Origin: an uncultured Clostridia bacterium
GTDB taxonomy: Bacteria; Bacillota_I; Bacilli_A; RF39; UBA660
Direction: 5' to 3'
NCBI GenBank assembly: GCA_945871105.1
Contig: CAMBUO010000001.1
Location: forward strand, 59,120 to 123,119
DNA: 64,000 bases
Positions 9,059-18,903 of the stretch are shown piece by piece. The notes under the pieces were generated by a model that was given only the letters and a program-made list of their open reading frames with translations, was not told the origin of the DNA and did not search any database. The position numbers and the translations under genes are program-made. Within the stretch, counting starts at the first letter, position 1; every line of letters starts with the position of its first letter.

Positions 9059-10132
9059 ATGAAAGAAATTAAAGTTGTCCAAATTGGATGTGGAAAAATG
9101 AGTAGATATACGATGCGTTATTTACTTGAAAAAGGTTGTAAATTAGTAGGAGCTTTTGATATTAATCAAAATATCATTAGTAAAAGTATTAATGAAGTAT
9201 TTGAAGAAGTAAATTCTAATATTTGTATTGAAAACATTAATTTATTGGAGGAAAGATTACAAGAATTAAAACCAGATATTGCTATTGTTACAACAATGAG
9301 TTTATTAAACGATGTTTATGATGTTTTAAAAACCTGTGCAAGTTGTGGTGTAAATGCTATTACTACTTGTGAAGAAGCATTTGATTCTTATAATTCTAAT
9401 CCGGTTAAAACCAAAGAAATTGATGAAATAGCTAAGCAAAACAATTGTACTATTACTGGATCTGGTTATCAAGATGTTTATTGGGGTAATTTAATTAGTA
9501 TTATTGGAGGTTCAACTTTTAAAATAACTAAGATTAAAGGAAGTTCTTCTTATAATGTTGAAGATTATGGTATAGCTTTAGCCAAAGCTCATGGTGCTGG
9601 ACTTACCCTTGATGAGTTTGATAAAGAAGTAGCTGCTAGTGATAATATTAGCAAAGAAGAAAGAGAAAATTTAATTAACAAGGGAGAATTTTTACCAAGT
9701 TATATGTGGAATACTAATGGTTGGTTAGTTTCTAAATTAGGATTACATGTTTTAAGTCAAACCCAAAAATGTGTTCCTATTACTTGTAGTCATGATATTC
9801 ATTCTGATACTTTAAAAATGGATGTTAAAGCTGGACTTGCTACTGGTATGAGTGCTGTTGTTACCACCGAAACGGAAGAAGGAATAACGATTGAAAGTGA
9901 ATGTATTGGTAAAGTCTATGCTGAAGAAGATTTTGATAAAAATGAATGGACAATCTATGGTGAACCAGATACAACTGTTGTAGTTAATAAACCACAAACG
10001 GTTGAACTTACTTGTGCAACTATTGTTAATCGTCTTCCTGATGTTATTAATGCAAGATCAGGATTTGTTCTAACTAGTGAAATGGATGAATTAAAATATC
10101 GTGTCCATGATTTACCTAGTTATTTAAAATAA
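9059..10132 (+). CDS. NAD(P)-binding oxidoreductase, DapB-like / 2,4-diaminopentanoate-dehydrogenase-like family
   Basis: N-terminal Rossmann signature KVVQIGCGKMS, 357 aa, with a C-terminal dimerisation-type domain. Confidence 0.45.
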   Translation: MKEIKVVQIGCGKMSRYTMRYLLEKGCKLVGAFDINQNIISKSINEVFEEVNSNICIENINLLEERLQELKPDIAIVTTMSLLNDVYDVLKTCASCGVNAITTCEEAFDSYNSNPVKTKEIDEIAKQNNCTITGSGYQDVYWGNLISIIGGSTFKITKIKGSSSYNVEDYGIALAKAHGAGLTLDEFDKEVAASDNISKEERENLINKGEFLPSYMWNTNGWLVSKLGLHVLSQTQKCVPITCSHDIHSDTLKMDVKAGLATGMSAVVTTETEEGITIESECIGKVYAEEDFDKNEWTIYGEPDTTVVVNKPQTVELTCATIVNRLPDVINARSGFVLTSEMDELKYRVHDLPSYLK

Positions 10133-10134
10133 GT

Positions 10135-10163
10135 GCCTAGGCACTTTTTCTGTTTAAAAGGAG
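10135..10163 (+). terminator. Possible attenuator or terminator hairpin
   Basis: GTGCCTAGGCAC palindrome followed by TTTTTCTGTTT, directly before the RBS of the next gene. Confidence 0.35.
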
Positions 10164-10167
10164 AACT

Positions 10168-10992
10168 ATGATAAACGAAGCAGTCATAATCGTTGGAGGT
10201 ATGGGAACAAGATTACTTCCTTACACGAAAACAGTTACCAAAGAAATGTTACCAATATTCGATGTACCTAGTATTTTCTTATTAGTTAAAGAAGCTTATT
10301 TAAGTGGCATTAAAAAAGTTATCTTTGTTGTTACCAAAAGAAATAAAAAATTAATTGAAAACTATTTTTCAAACGACAACTATTTAGATAATTTTCTTAA
10401 AGATGAACCAGTTAAACAAAAGTTATTACTTGAATTAAAAAAAATTATAAAAGAAATGAAATTTCAATATGTCTACGAAACTTTAAGAGGATCTTATGGA
10501 GCCGTTTATTCAGCTAGAAATTATATTAAAAATGATAATTTTCTTGTTATGTATGGAGATGATATAATTGATTCTAAAATACCTTTAACTAAACAATTAA
10601 TAGATAATTATCAAAAAACAAATAGTATGCAAATGGCTATTTACAAACCAGATTTAAACGATTTACCAAAAAGTGGTCTTATAAAATATGATAAAGATAA
10701 TAACCTTATAGGTATTACTAAATTAGAAGAATCAAATAAAGTAATTGCTATTGGAAGATTTTTATTAAATAAAAAAATATTTAAAGTTAAAAATCAATTA
10801 ACAGTTTATCAAAATAATGAATTATATTTACCCCACTCACTTTTACATTTTAAAGATACTAAATGTTATCTTATTAATGGTTATTATTTTAATATAGGAG
10901 AAAAACTAGGTTTTATTAAAGCATCTATTCATTATGCTTTAAAAAATGAAGAATATCGTGATGAAATGCTTAAATTTTTAAAAGAAATATGA
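10168..10992 (+). CDS. galU: UTP--glucose-1-phosphate uridylyltransferase-like sugar-phosphate nucleotidyltransferase
   Basis: VIIVGGMGTRLLPYTKTVTKEMLPIFDVP compares with GalU AGLGTRxLPATKxxPKEMLP. KKLIENYF and a C-terminal …NIGEKLGFIKA also resemble GalU. Confidence 0.6.
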   Translation: MINEAVIIVGGMGTRLLPYTKTVTKEMLPIFDVPSIFLLVKEAYLSGIKKVIFVVTKRNKKLIENYFSNDNYLDNFLKDEPVKQKLLLELKKIIKEMKFQYVYETLRGSYGAVYSARNYIKNDNFLVMYGDDIIDSKIPLTKQLIDNYQKTNSMQMAIYKPDLNDLPKSGLIKYDKDNNLIGITKLEESNKVIAIGRFLLNKKIFKVKNQLTVYQNNELYLPHSLLHFKDTKCYLINGYYFNIGEKLGFIKASIHYALKNEEYRDEMLKFLKEI

Positions 10993-11017
10993 TATATTTA
11001 AAAAGAAAGGAAAAAAT

Positions 11018-11404
11018 ATGGATTGTTTATTTTGTAAAATTATAAAAAAAGAAATACCAAGTGAAATTGTCTATGAAGATGAAGATATATTAGCTTTTTT
11101 AGATATTAATCCAACTACAAATGGAGATACTTTAATTATTCCAAAAACTCATTATCAAGATGTTTTTCAGGTACCTGATGATGTTTTAGTAAAAATAAAT
11201 AATATTTCCAAAAAGTTATATAAACTTTACCAAGAAAAATTACATTGTATTGGATTAACTTTATCAACTAATTTAGATTATGGGCAAGAGATAAAACATT
11301 TTCATGTTCATTTTATTCCAAGATATGAAAATGATGAAGTTAGTCATCTATCTAATAAAGAAATTTTAAAAGATTTAAAAGAAATTAAAGAATTATTAAA
11401 ATAG
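11018..11404 (+). CDS. HIT family (histidine triad) hydrolase
   Basis: Histidine triad HFHVHFIP, 128 aa. Confidence 0.85.
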   Translation: MDCLFCKIIKKEIPSEIVYEDEDILAFLDINPTTNGDTLIIPKTHYQDVFQVPDDVLVKINNISKKLYKLYQEKLHCIGLTLSTNLDYGQEIKHFHVHFIPRYENDEVSHLSNKEILKDLKEIKELLK

Positions 11405-11431
11405 GAAATACGTTTGGTATTTCCTTTTATT
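11405..11431. terminator. Bidirectional intrinsic terminator
   Basis: GGAAATAC-GTTTG-GTATTTCC hairpin followed by TTTTATTTT, lying between convergent genes. Confidence 0.6.
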
Positions 11432-11884
11432 TTAAGTAAGTTCACAATCATCAGCTTTAGTGTAATCTTCACAAGTAACAGTTGCCTTTGGACAATCTAA
11501 ATAAACATCATAAGTTAAATTAAAGTTAATATCGGTATCCGCACCTCTTTTAACCGTTACTGTGGTATTTTCTGGATCACATGTTCCTCCATTTGGATCT
11601 TTTAATTCTTCTATTACTTTAGCATTGATTAAATCATTTAAAGTAAAAGTTCTACTTCCACCTACATTTGGTAATAAATTACCATTTTTAGCAAAATCAT
11701 CAATTAAATAATCTTCAACCGTTGTTTTTAAAGTAGCTACATAATTACGATAAACTTTTTCTTTACTATTTCCAAGATAATTAGTAATAGCAAGAGTTGC
11801 TATACCGCCAATAATAGCTAGAACCACGATTACCCCTAATAACTCAACTAAAGTAAATCCTTTTCTATTTTTTTTCATATTCAC
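11432..11884 (-). CDS. Prepilin-type N-terminal cleavage/methylation domain pseudopilin (ComGC/type IV pilin-like)
   Basis: KGFTLVELLGVIVVLAIIGGIA: class III signal with G^F cleavage site and E+5. Confidence 0.75.
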   Translation of the reverse strand: MNMKKNRKGFTLVELLGVIVVLAIIGGIATLAITNYLGNSKEKVYRNYVATLKTTVEDYLIDDFAKNGNLLPNVGGSRTFTLNDLINAKVIEELKDPNGGTCDPENTTVTVKRGADTDINFNLTYDVYLDCPKATVTCEDYTKADDCELT

Positions 11885-11926
11885 CTCTATTATTAATATA
11901 ACATTTTTTTTAATATTTTAAAAGAT

Positions 11927-14518
11927 TTAAACACTTCTTTCTTTATTTAATTTCTTTAAAATAATTTTTCTTAAAGCATCAACTGGCCAAACTGATAAAG
12001 CCATAATTAAAATAATAAAGAATTCTTTAGCTGTTAAACCATAAGTTCTAAATAAATCTCCTCCAAAATAAATTAAATATATTTGGACTATTATAATAAA
12101 ACCGATTACTAATAAATAAATTTTATTTTTTAGAATATTAGCAAATATATTAATTCGATAAGTCCTTGCATTAAAAGAATTGAATATACCAATAAAAATA
12201 AACATAGCAAAATAAGCTGTCATTAAGTATTTATTATTATTACCAATGCGAAAGTAATGATGAATAATCGGAAGTTTTAAAAACAGAATACATAAAGTAC
12301 TAGAATACAGGGCTGTTAAAATTATTTCGTTATACATATAAGAATTGATAATTGGTTCATTCATTTTTTTAGGTGGCTCATTCATATATTCAAGTAAAGC
12401 TGGTTCAAAAGAGAAAGCTAAAGCTGCAAAGGTATCCATAATCATATTAAGCCATAACATTTGGACAATGGTAATTGGCGAAGTTACCCCGATAAAGGGA
12501 CCAACAATTGATAAAATAAGAGCGGTGGCATTAACACTTAATTGATAAATAATAAACTTACGAATACTTTTAAAAATAGTTCTGCCATACAAAATAGCTT
12601 TCGAAATAGATAAAATATTATTATCTAAAATAACAATATCCGAAGCTTCTTTACTAACTTCCGTTCCTGTTCCCATAGCAAAACCAACATTAGCTTTTTT
12701 TAAAGCCGGAGCATCATTTACACCATCACCTGTCATACCAACAATTAAATTCTTACTTTGAAATAATTTAACTAACCTACTCTTATCCATAGGTAAAGCC
12801 CTAGCTACTACTTTTAAATTATGTAATTTACTAATTAATTCCTCATCACTTAATTGATTTAACTCTAAACTAGTTAAAACTAAATCATTGTTATCTTGAT
12901 AAATTCCAACTTCTTTAGCAATAGAAAGAGCCGTTTCTTTAGCGTCCCCTGTTATCATCACAACTTGAATACCAGCTTCCTTAATTAAAGAAACACCTCT
13001 TATAGCTTCTTCTCTTAAATCATCTTTCAATAATATTAATCCTTGAAAAACTAAGTTATTTAAACTAGCCATTCCTTTTTTATAAGCTAGTAATAAAACT
13101 CTAACCCCATTTTTAGTAACCTCTTGAATTTTATTAATTATATTATTTTTATTTGTTAAAGGTAATTCTTCTCTACCATTAAAATACTTAGTACAAAAAG
13201 GAAGTAAAACTTCACTAGCCCCTTTAAAATAAGTTATTAACATATTATCGTTTAAAGTAACTGAACTATATTTATCTTGACTATTAAATTGTTTTTTCTT
13301 AAAAATATTTTTCTTAACTTTATTTTCTCCTACGTATTTTAAAATTGCTTGATCAGTTATATTACCTCCAACAACTTTTAAATCATCAGTAAAATTACTA
13401 TCATTATTATAATATAAAGATTCATAATACAAAGAAGATTTTTTTATTTTTTGAAGATTTAAAGAATCTAAATTACCATTTAAAACTTGAACTACTTCTA
13501 ATTTTCCTTTCGTTAAAGTACCTGTTTTATCAGTTAATAAAACATTTATATTTCCAGCTGTTTCTATTCCAACTAATTTTCTAACTAAAACATTACTTTT
13601 TAACATTCTTTTCATATTACTAGATAAAACTAAAGTAATCATCATAGGTAATCCTTCAGGAACGGCAACAACAATGATAGTAACACTTAATGTTAAAGCA
13701 TAAATTAAATAATCAGCCATTTGATGAAAATTAGTTAAAGTTTCTTTAATTAACACTAAGTCATAGTTATTTTCCATCACAATTTTCGAATATAAATAAG
13801 CAATAGTTACTAAAATTGCTCCTATATAACCTAATTTACTAATTATCTTAGCTAAATCAGTTAAACGTGATTTTAAAGGACTAATAGGTTCTTTTTCGCC
13901 TAATTCAAGAGCTAACTTTCCATATAAAGTATCAATTCCAACTTTATTAACTTCCATTTCTCCTAGCCCTGAATAAATAGTTGTTCCTCGGTATAATTGA
14001 TAATTATTTTTATTACTTCCTTTTTGATAACTTTCTTTTTTACTTTCTTTGCTCTCTCCATTTAAAATTGATTCATTAACACTTAAATTACCTTTTAAAA
14101 GGATACCATCAGCTGGTATCTTATCACCTGTTTCTAAAATGACAATATCGCCAACTACTACTTCTGAAGTATCAATTTCTTGTATTTTTCCGTCCCTTCG
14201 AACCCGACTTTTAATCTTCGAAGCTTCTTCTTGTAATTTAATAAAGGCTTTCTCCGAACCATATTCTGAGATAGTTGAAATAAAAGTTGCTAATAAAATA
14301 GCAATAAAAATACCAATTGTTTCATAAAAATCAAAATCTTTGAATAAAAAAACTGTTTTTACAGCTAAAGCAATTAATAAAATTTTAATAATCGGATCAC
14401 CTAAAGATTCTAATAATAATCCTAAAAATTTTTTTCTCTTTTGAATATTAATTTCATTAGTTCCATATTTTTTACGATTATTAATAACTTCTTCTTTATT
14501 AAGACCTTTATTTACCAT
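11927..14518 (-). CDS. P-type Ca2+/cation-translocating ATPase (P2-type)
   Basis: 863 aa with DKTGTLTKG, TGDGVNDAPALKKA and GDxxxxA motifs plus N- and C-terminal TM bundles. Confidence 0.85.
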   Translation of the reverse strand: MVNKGLNKEEVINNRKKYGTNEINIQKRKKFLGLLLESLGDPIIKILLIALAVKTVFLFKDFDFYETIGIFIAILLATFISTISEYGSEKAFIKLQEEASKIKSRVRRDGKIQEIDTSEVVVGDIVILETGDKIPADGILLKGNLSVNESILNGESKESKKESYQKGSNKNNYQLYRGTTIYSGLGEMEVNKVGIDTLYGKLALELGEKEPISPLKSRLTDLAKIISKLGYIGAILVTIAYLYSKIVMENNYDLVLIKETLTNFHQMADYLIYALTLSVTIIVVAVPEGLPMMITLVLSSNMKRMLKSNVLVRKLVGIETAGNINVLLTDKTGTLTKGKLEVVQVLNGNLDSLNLQKIKKSSLYYESLYYNNDSNFTDDLKVVGGNITDQAILKYVGENKVKKNIFKKKQFNSQDKYSSVTLNDNMLITYFKGASEVLLPFCTKYFNGREELPLTNKNNIINKIQEVTKNGVRVLLLAYKKGMASLNNLVFQGLILLKDDLREEAIRGVSLIKEAGIQVVMITGDAKETALSIAKEVGIYQDNNDLVLTSLELNQLSDEELISKLHNLKVVARALPMDKSRLVKLFQSKNLIVGMTGDGVNDAPALKKANVGFAMGTGTEVSKEASDIVILDNNILSISKAILYGRTIFKSIRKFIIYQLSVNATALILSIVGPFIGVTSPITIVQMLWLNMIMDTFAALAFSFEPALLEYMNEPPKKMNEPIINSYMYNEIILTALYSSTLCILFLKLPIIHHYFRIGNNNKYLMTAYFAMFIFIGIFNSFNARTYRINIFANILKNKIYLLVIGFIIIVQIYLIYFGGDLFRTYGLTAKEFFIILIMALSVWPVDALRKIILKKLNKERSV

Positions 14519-14571
14519 ATATCCTCCAGTAAATTTTATGATTAATAATAAAAAAAAGAAGTATTAACTTC

Positions 14572-15237
14572 TTACGAATGCATTTTATTAATAAGTGGTA
14601 ATTCTTTAGCTTTGCCATCACAGACATTTTTTATTCCCATAAAAGATAAAATAAGAGATAGAAAGAAGAATACTGTTTGACATATACTTACAAGCCAACT
14701 AACTCTCCAACTTAAAATTAAACCTAAAAACCAAAGAATACCCCCAACAATGATTTCAGCTATCAAAAGGCTTATACCTTGCTTAGCATGAAATATAACA
14801 TATTTATTCTTTTTTTCACTTAAATAAGGTATAAGAACAAGTATACCTAGATAAGATAAAATTCCTAATGCTTTTCCTTTTTTAATATCTTCTTTAGAAT
14901 ATTCATTACTAGTATCTTTTACATCCTTAAAAGCACTCTCTAATTTATCTTGAAAACCCATATTTTTATCTGGAAAATTATTATTATTGTTATTTGTAGA
15001 ATTATTATTATTTTGATAATTATTCATTTGATTACTATTAGAATAATAATTATTATTTGTTGAATTATTATTACTTTGATAATTATTCATTTGATTACTA
15101 TTAGAATAATTATTATTGTTTTTATTGTTATAATTACTATTTTGATAGTTATTATTAATCTGATTATTATCATGGTAATTATTATAATAACTATTAGATT
15201 GATTATTGTTTTGATTATTATTATTTGAATAATTCAT
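14572..15237 (-). CDS. Membrane protein with Asn/Gln-rich low-complexity N-terminal region and a C-terminal DUF4870-like 2-TM domain
   Basis: About 120 aa of N/Q/Y/S-rich sequence, including a tandemly duplicated 21-aa unit, followed by ALGILSYLGILVLIPYL…HAKQGISLLIA. A hairpin terminator lies at 14535-14560. Confidence 0.5.
   Translation of the reverse strand: MNYSNNNNQNNNQSNSYYNNYHDNNQINNNYQNSNYNNKNNNNYSNSNQMNNYQSNNNSTNNNYYSNSNQMNNYQNNNNSTNNNNNNFPDKNMGFQDKLESAFKDVKDTSNEYSKEDIKKGKALGILSYLGILVLIPYLSEKKNKYVIFHAKQGISLLIAEIIVGGILWFLGLILSWRVSWLVSICQTVFFFLSLILSFMGIKNVCDGKAKELPLINKMHS
15001..15120. repeat. Tandem in-frame 63-nt and 60-nt duplication inside the Asn-rich gene
   Basis: Two consecutive near-identical units (attattattatTttgataattattcatttgattactattagaataat…) encoding YSNSNQMNNYQ(S/N)NNNSTNNN. 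Confidence 0.7.
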
Positions 15238-15508
15238 ATTTTAGCTCCTTATCTTTACTATATTATCTTATTATATTTTTTGAATATTTTCAATACCTAA
15301 ATTAATTTTTATTATTTATCATTTGATATATTAAAAACAGTAAAAATTTTCTAGTTATAGTTTTTATTTATTTTTTTCAAATACTTACATCAATAATTTC
15401 AAATTTGATGTAATTTATTAAATTACAGAAGTATCAATTGAAAAATTATTATTGTCACTATTAATCTCTAATAAAACCTAATATTTTTTTAATAAACTAC
15501 CTATTTTT

Positions 15509-15630
15509 TAAAATAAATCTCCAGTTATCATACCCTATAAGATTTTCATAAATATATTATAGTAATTATCTTTTTTTAAATCATCAGCCCCTTGATAAGT
15601 TTTTATCAATTTATTCGTATATTAATATTG
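15509..15630 (-). pseudogene. Degraded partial copy of the 3' portion of the dacA-like carboxypeptidase gene (direct repeat of 21040-21122 plus 21541-21585)
   Basis: 15509-15585 matches 21040-21118 at about 95 percent, with a TAG in place of the AAA codon. 15583-15630 matches the internal KTG-motif region 21541-21588. The roughly 415 bp between the two segments in the intact gene is absent from this copy. Confidence 0.6.
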
Positions 15631-15847
15631 TTATAGTAAAAATGGTATCACTTATTGATGAAATGATACTATGAAAAATACAAATTATATATCATATTTT
15701 AATTTTTATTTATAAAAAGATTTAAAAATATGTTGAAACGCTGTCTTTATTGTTACTTTTAACAACTTTTTTAATTTGATTATTATAATCAATATGGAAT
15801 TATTGATAAATCATTTTGCTAATAAAATATTAATCTATACTATTTTC

Positions 15848-16642
15848 TTATCTTTCTAAATTCATTATATTTGTACTAAATAATTCACTTAACATTTTAT
15901 ATTCATTACTTTCTTCTAACTTTTCCTCATAATATTCATTATTTTTCCAGTAGCATTTTAAAACATAGCCTTTTTCAAAATTTCTACCATTGCCTTTACC
16001 GGAAATTATTTTATATTTGTTGTCGACAATTTCAATCGCCGAACAATTAGATAACATAAGACCTAACATTTTATTTTCTTTTAGTTGACTTTTAGTAGAC
16101 TCATATCTGCCCTCTTCATCACAATGTGGCGTAACGAAAACATCAAACCAATTTAAACATTCTACAGATTCAAATCGCATTTCTTTTTTATCTGAATTAC
16201 AAGAATTAAACCAACAAACCGCACCTGCTGAAATACCACATATCACTTTTCCACTATGCCATGCTTCTCTTAATATAATATCAAATCCCGATTTTTTCCA
16301 AAGTTTAATCATAGCATCAGTATCACCGCCACCTTCATAGATAATATCTGCCCAATCTACTGCTTCTTTTACAAGTTTCTTATTATATAAATCACTAGCT
16401 TTTAAATATTTACAGTTACATCCATATTTGTCTCTATATATTTTCTCCATAGTCTCATAATAACTATCTTGTATTTCATCTGAAAAACACATTGCATGAG
16501 CAAGAAATAAATAATTAGGAGTCTTTTTATTAGTCAATCTAATAATTTCTTTATCCATCATTTCTGTCTCATACATAGTTTGACTTCCGTCATCAAGAAA
16601 TCTTCCGTTTTCTCCACCGCCAATTGCTACTATTTTTTTCAT
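15848..16642 (-). CDS. Peptidase S51 family (dipeptidase E / cyanophycinase-like) protein
   Basis: IVAIGGGENG…EGGGDTDAMIKLW…ICGISAGAV fits the S51 architecture. Its own promoter TTGTAA-17-TATAAT lies in 16643-16760 on the minus strand. Confidence 0.6.
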   Translation of the reverse strand: MKKIVAIGGGENGRFLDDGSQTMYETEMMDKEIIRLTNKKTPNYLFLAHAMCFSDEIQDSYYETMEKIYRDKYGCNCKYLKASDLYNKKLVKEAVDWADIIYEGGGDTDAMIKLWKKSGFDIILREAWHSGKVICGISAGAVCWFNSCNSDKKEMRFESVECLNWFDVFVTPHCDEEGRYESTKSQLKENKMLGLMLSNCSAIEIVDNKYKIISGKGNGRNFEKGYVLKCYWKNNEYYEEKLEESNEYKMLSELFSTNIMNLER

Positions 16643-16856
16643 TATATAAACTTTTTACCTCTTTCTTATATTATTGATATAAAAGATAATTATAGTTTTT
16701 CAATAACTTTATTACAACTTAAGTTTTTGACATTTCGTTCTTGGAAATGCACTAACATCCCTTATATTACTCATTCCTGTAGTATACATTATCAATCTTT
16801 CAAATCCTATACTAACACATAACTTTCTCAATCAACATACACTTGCAAAATAAATA

Positions 16857-18833
16857 TTAATAATTAGTAATCAAAACCTCAATAGTCTTTGTAATATTTC
16901 CTTTTTGCTTATGATAATTAGAATTATTATAATCACATGTTATATAATGTATAGTATAATTATGTTCTTTAATCCATGTTTGCAGTATTTCATGTGTTGC
17001 TCCTTTATGTTCTATAACATTCGATAAAGCAAATTTAATACCTTTAGAATCTAGGATAGTTAAATAGTTAAGCAAATCTATTTCATCTTGTTTGGTCCAA
17101 CCACCATTTTCATTATAACTAGCTGTTCCTAAAAAATATGGTGGATCACAATATACTAATGTATTTTCATTCGTTTCTATCGCAAACTCTCTAAAATCAG
17201 AATTAATAAATTCTATATTTTTAGTTTTTAATTTAGTAATAAAATTTTTTAAATTTTTTCTAAGTGAATTGTTTAAGTCTCTTTTACCAACAGGCATATT
17301 AAATTCACCATTACTATTAAATCTTATTTGATTATTAAATCCGTATATAACTAATGTTAAAAATAAAAAGTCTTTTTCTATTGAATCATTTTTCATATTA
17401 TTATAATCATTTCTGAGTTCTACATATTTATTTTTGTTATAAGATCCTAATCCTTTATCACTAGTACAATTATACATTTCGTATCCATTTAATAACGAAT
17501 TGCTTAATTCATATTTATCTATAATCTTTTCTAGTTTATCTATAATGTAACCATCTTCGTACTTTTTAAATAGATTCATAACTCTAATTATTTCTTTTTG
17601 TTTATCTACACAAACAATTTTTTTAGCATTTACATTTACACCAACGTTTGAGCCACCAGAAAATAAATCTACAAATAAATCCAACTCTTTAGGGAAAATA
17701 GGAATTATTTGATTAAGTATTTTATACTTTCCTCCTGTATAATTTAATGGTGATTTTACTATATCATTAGAAACTTTTTCATTAATAGTTTTTGCTTTCA
17801 ATACTTTTCCAACCTTGCATACAAAAAGTCTTTCCTTATGGTTATCAATATGTGTTTTTCCAGTATTAAATTCTTTGAAATCAGTCTCATAAACTTTTAC
17901 TTTACCTTTTTTGCTCAAAGTATTCATAATATCTTCATCAGATATTTTAGCTTGTGATCTGCCTGCACCTTTTTTACCCATATTATTATAAGAAACTATA
18001 ATATATTTGGCATCAATATTTTCAATTAAGTCTTTAAATGCAAGAGGTGCTGAAACTGAACAATATTTGCTCTTAATTCCATTTCGCTCCATTTTTTTTG
18101 CAACACCATGAACTTCACTTTTTTCCCACATTGCTACATTTTCTAATAAGTGATATGCATCAGAATATTGCCTAGAATTATATGGTGGATCAATGTAAAC
18201 AACATCAGCTTTTAAATTTCTTACCAATTCATTTGAATCTTCATTAAAAATTTTATTATTTTTATTATTGGTGTTTGATTTTAAATCAAGCATACATAAT
18301 TCCAACTTTTTATTTAAATCTCCATTTTTCCTATATGCATCATAATGACCAACTGTATTTGCAATTTTATCCATAGCATATAAAAGTGAAGTTACCAAAA
18401 CTGCTCTTTCTCTAATATTTAAATTATTGTTTGTATAATTTTCTTCAATATTTTCTCTAATAAATCCTATTTTTTTACAGTTTTCTTCACTAAAATAAGT
18501 ATTTGAAAAATTTAATGAAAAATAATTATCTCCTAAATCAGTTAGTGAATTATATTTATTAATGTATTCTTTTATTTTATTTTTGTCTATCTTTTCATTT
18601 CCAAACCATGCTAAATAAGAAATATAATTTGATTTTAGCAAATCATTTACATACACCTTTGTTTTTTGGTCATTAAATGAATCTCCAACTATACCTGTTC
18701 CGCCGAATAAATCTAAAAAAGAAGAATATTCTATTTTTTCTTTTTTTATTGTTTCTTTTATAAAATCTATCATTCTAAATTTACTACCAATATATCTTCT
18801 ATTATTAATTGAAATTGTTTTCATTTTTATCAT
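16857..18833 (-). CDS. Tandem double N6-adenine DNA methyltransferase (two Dam/D12-class domains), Type IIS modification enzyme
   Basis: Two complete MTase modules, each with an FxGxG-type SAM motif (LFGGTGIVG, LFSGGSNVG) and a DPPY motif (VVYIDPPYNSRQY, LVYCDPPYFLGTASY). This architecture matches M.FokI, M.MlyI and M.BstNBI. Confidence 0.8.
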   Translation of the reverse strand: MIKMKTISINNRRYIGSKFRMIDFIKETIKKEKIEYSSFLDLFGGTGIVGDSFNDQKTKVYVNDLLKSNYISYLAWFGNEKIDKNKIKEYINKYNSLTDLGDNYFSLNFSNTYFSEENCKKIGFIRENIEENYTNNNLNIRERAVLVTSLLYAMDKIANTVGHYDAYRKNGDLNKKLELCMLDLKSNTNNKNNKIFNEDSNELVRNLKADVVYIDPPYNSRQYSDAYHLLENVAMWEKSEVHGVAKKMERNGIKSKYCSVSAPLAFKDLIENIDAKYIIVSYNNMGKKGAGRSQAKISDEDIMNTLSKKGKVKVYETDFKEFNTGKTHIDNHKERLFVCKVGKVLKAKTINEKVSNDIVKSPLNYTGGKYKILNQIIPIFPKELDLFVDLFSGGSNVGVNVNAKKIVCVDKQKEIIRVMNLFKKYEDGYIIDKLEKIIDKYELSNSLLNGYEMYNCTSDKGLGSYNKNKYVELRNDYNNMKNDSIEKDFLFLTLVIYGFNNQIRFNSNGEFNMPVGKRDLNNSLRKNLKNFITKLKTKNIEFINSDFREFAIETNENTLVYCDPPYFLGTASYNENGGWTKQDEIDLLNYLTILDSKGIKFALSNVIEHKGATHEILQTWIKEHNYTIHYITCDYNNSNYHKQKGNITKTIEVLITNY

Positions 18834-18878
18834 CCATTTCCATTTTAGGCATCACACACCATATATAAATTATACCAT

Positions 18879-18903
18879 AAAAATAGATAATTGTAACAAT
18901 TAT
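18879..18903. repeat. Perfect 12+1+12 palindrome between the endonuclease stop and the methyltransferase start
   Basis: ATAGATAATTGT-A-ACAATTATCTAT. On the minus strand it is followed by TTTTATGGTATAAT, which reads as a T-run plus an extended -10. Confidence 0.6.

Noticed and set aside
15001-15120. 63-nt tandem repeat considered as a minisatellite or non-coding element
   Set aside because: It is in frame within the Asn-rich gene and preserves the reading frame, with units of 63 and 60 nt. It is a coding repeat.
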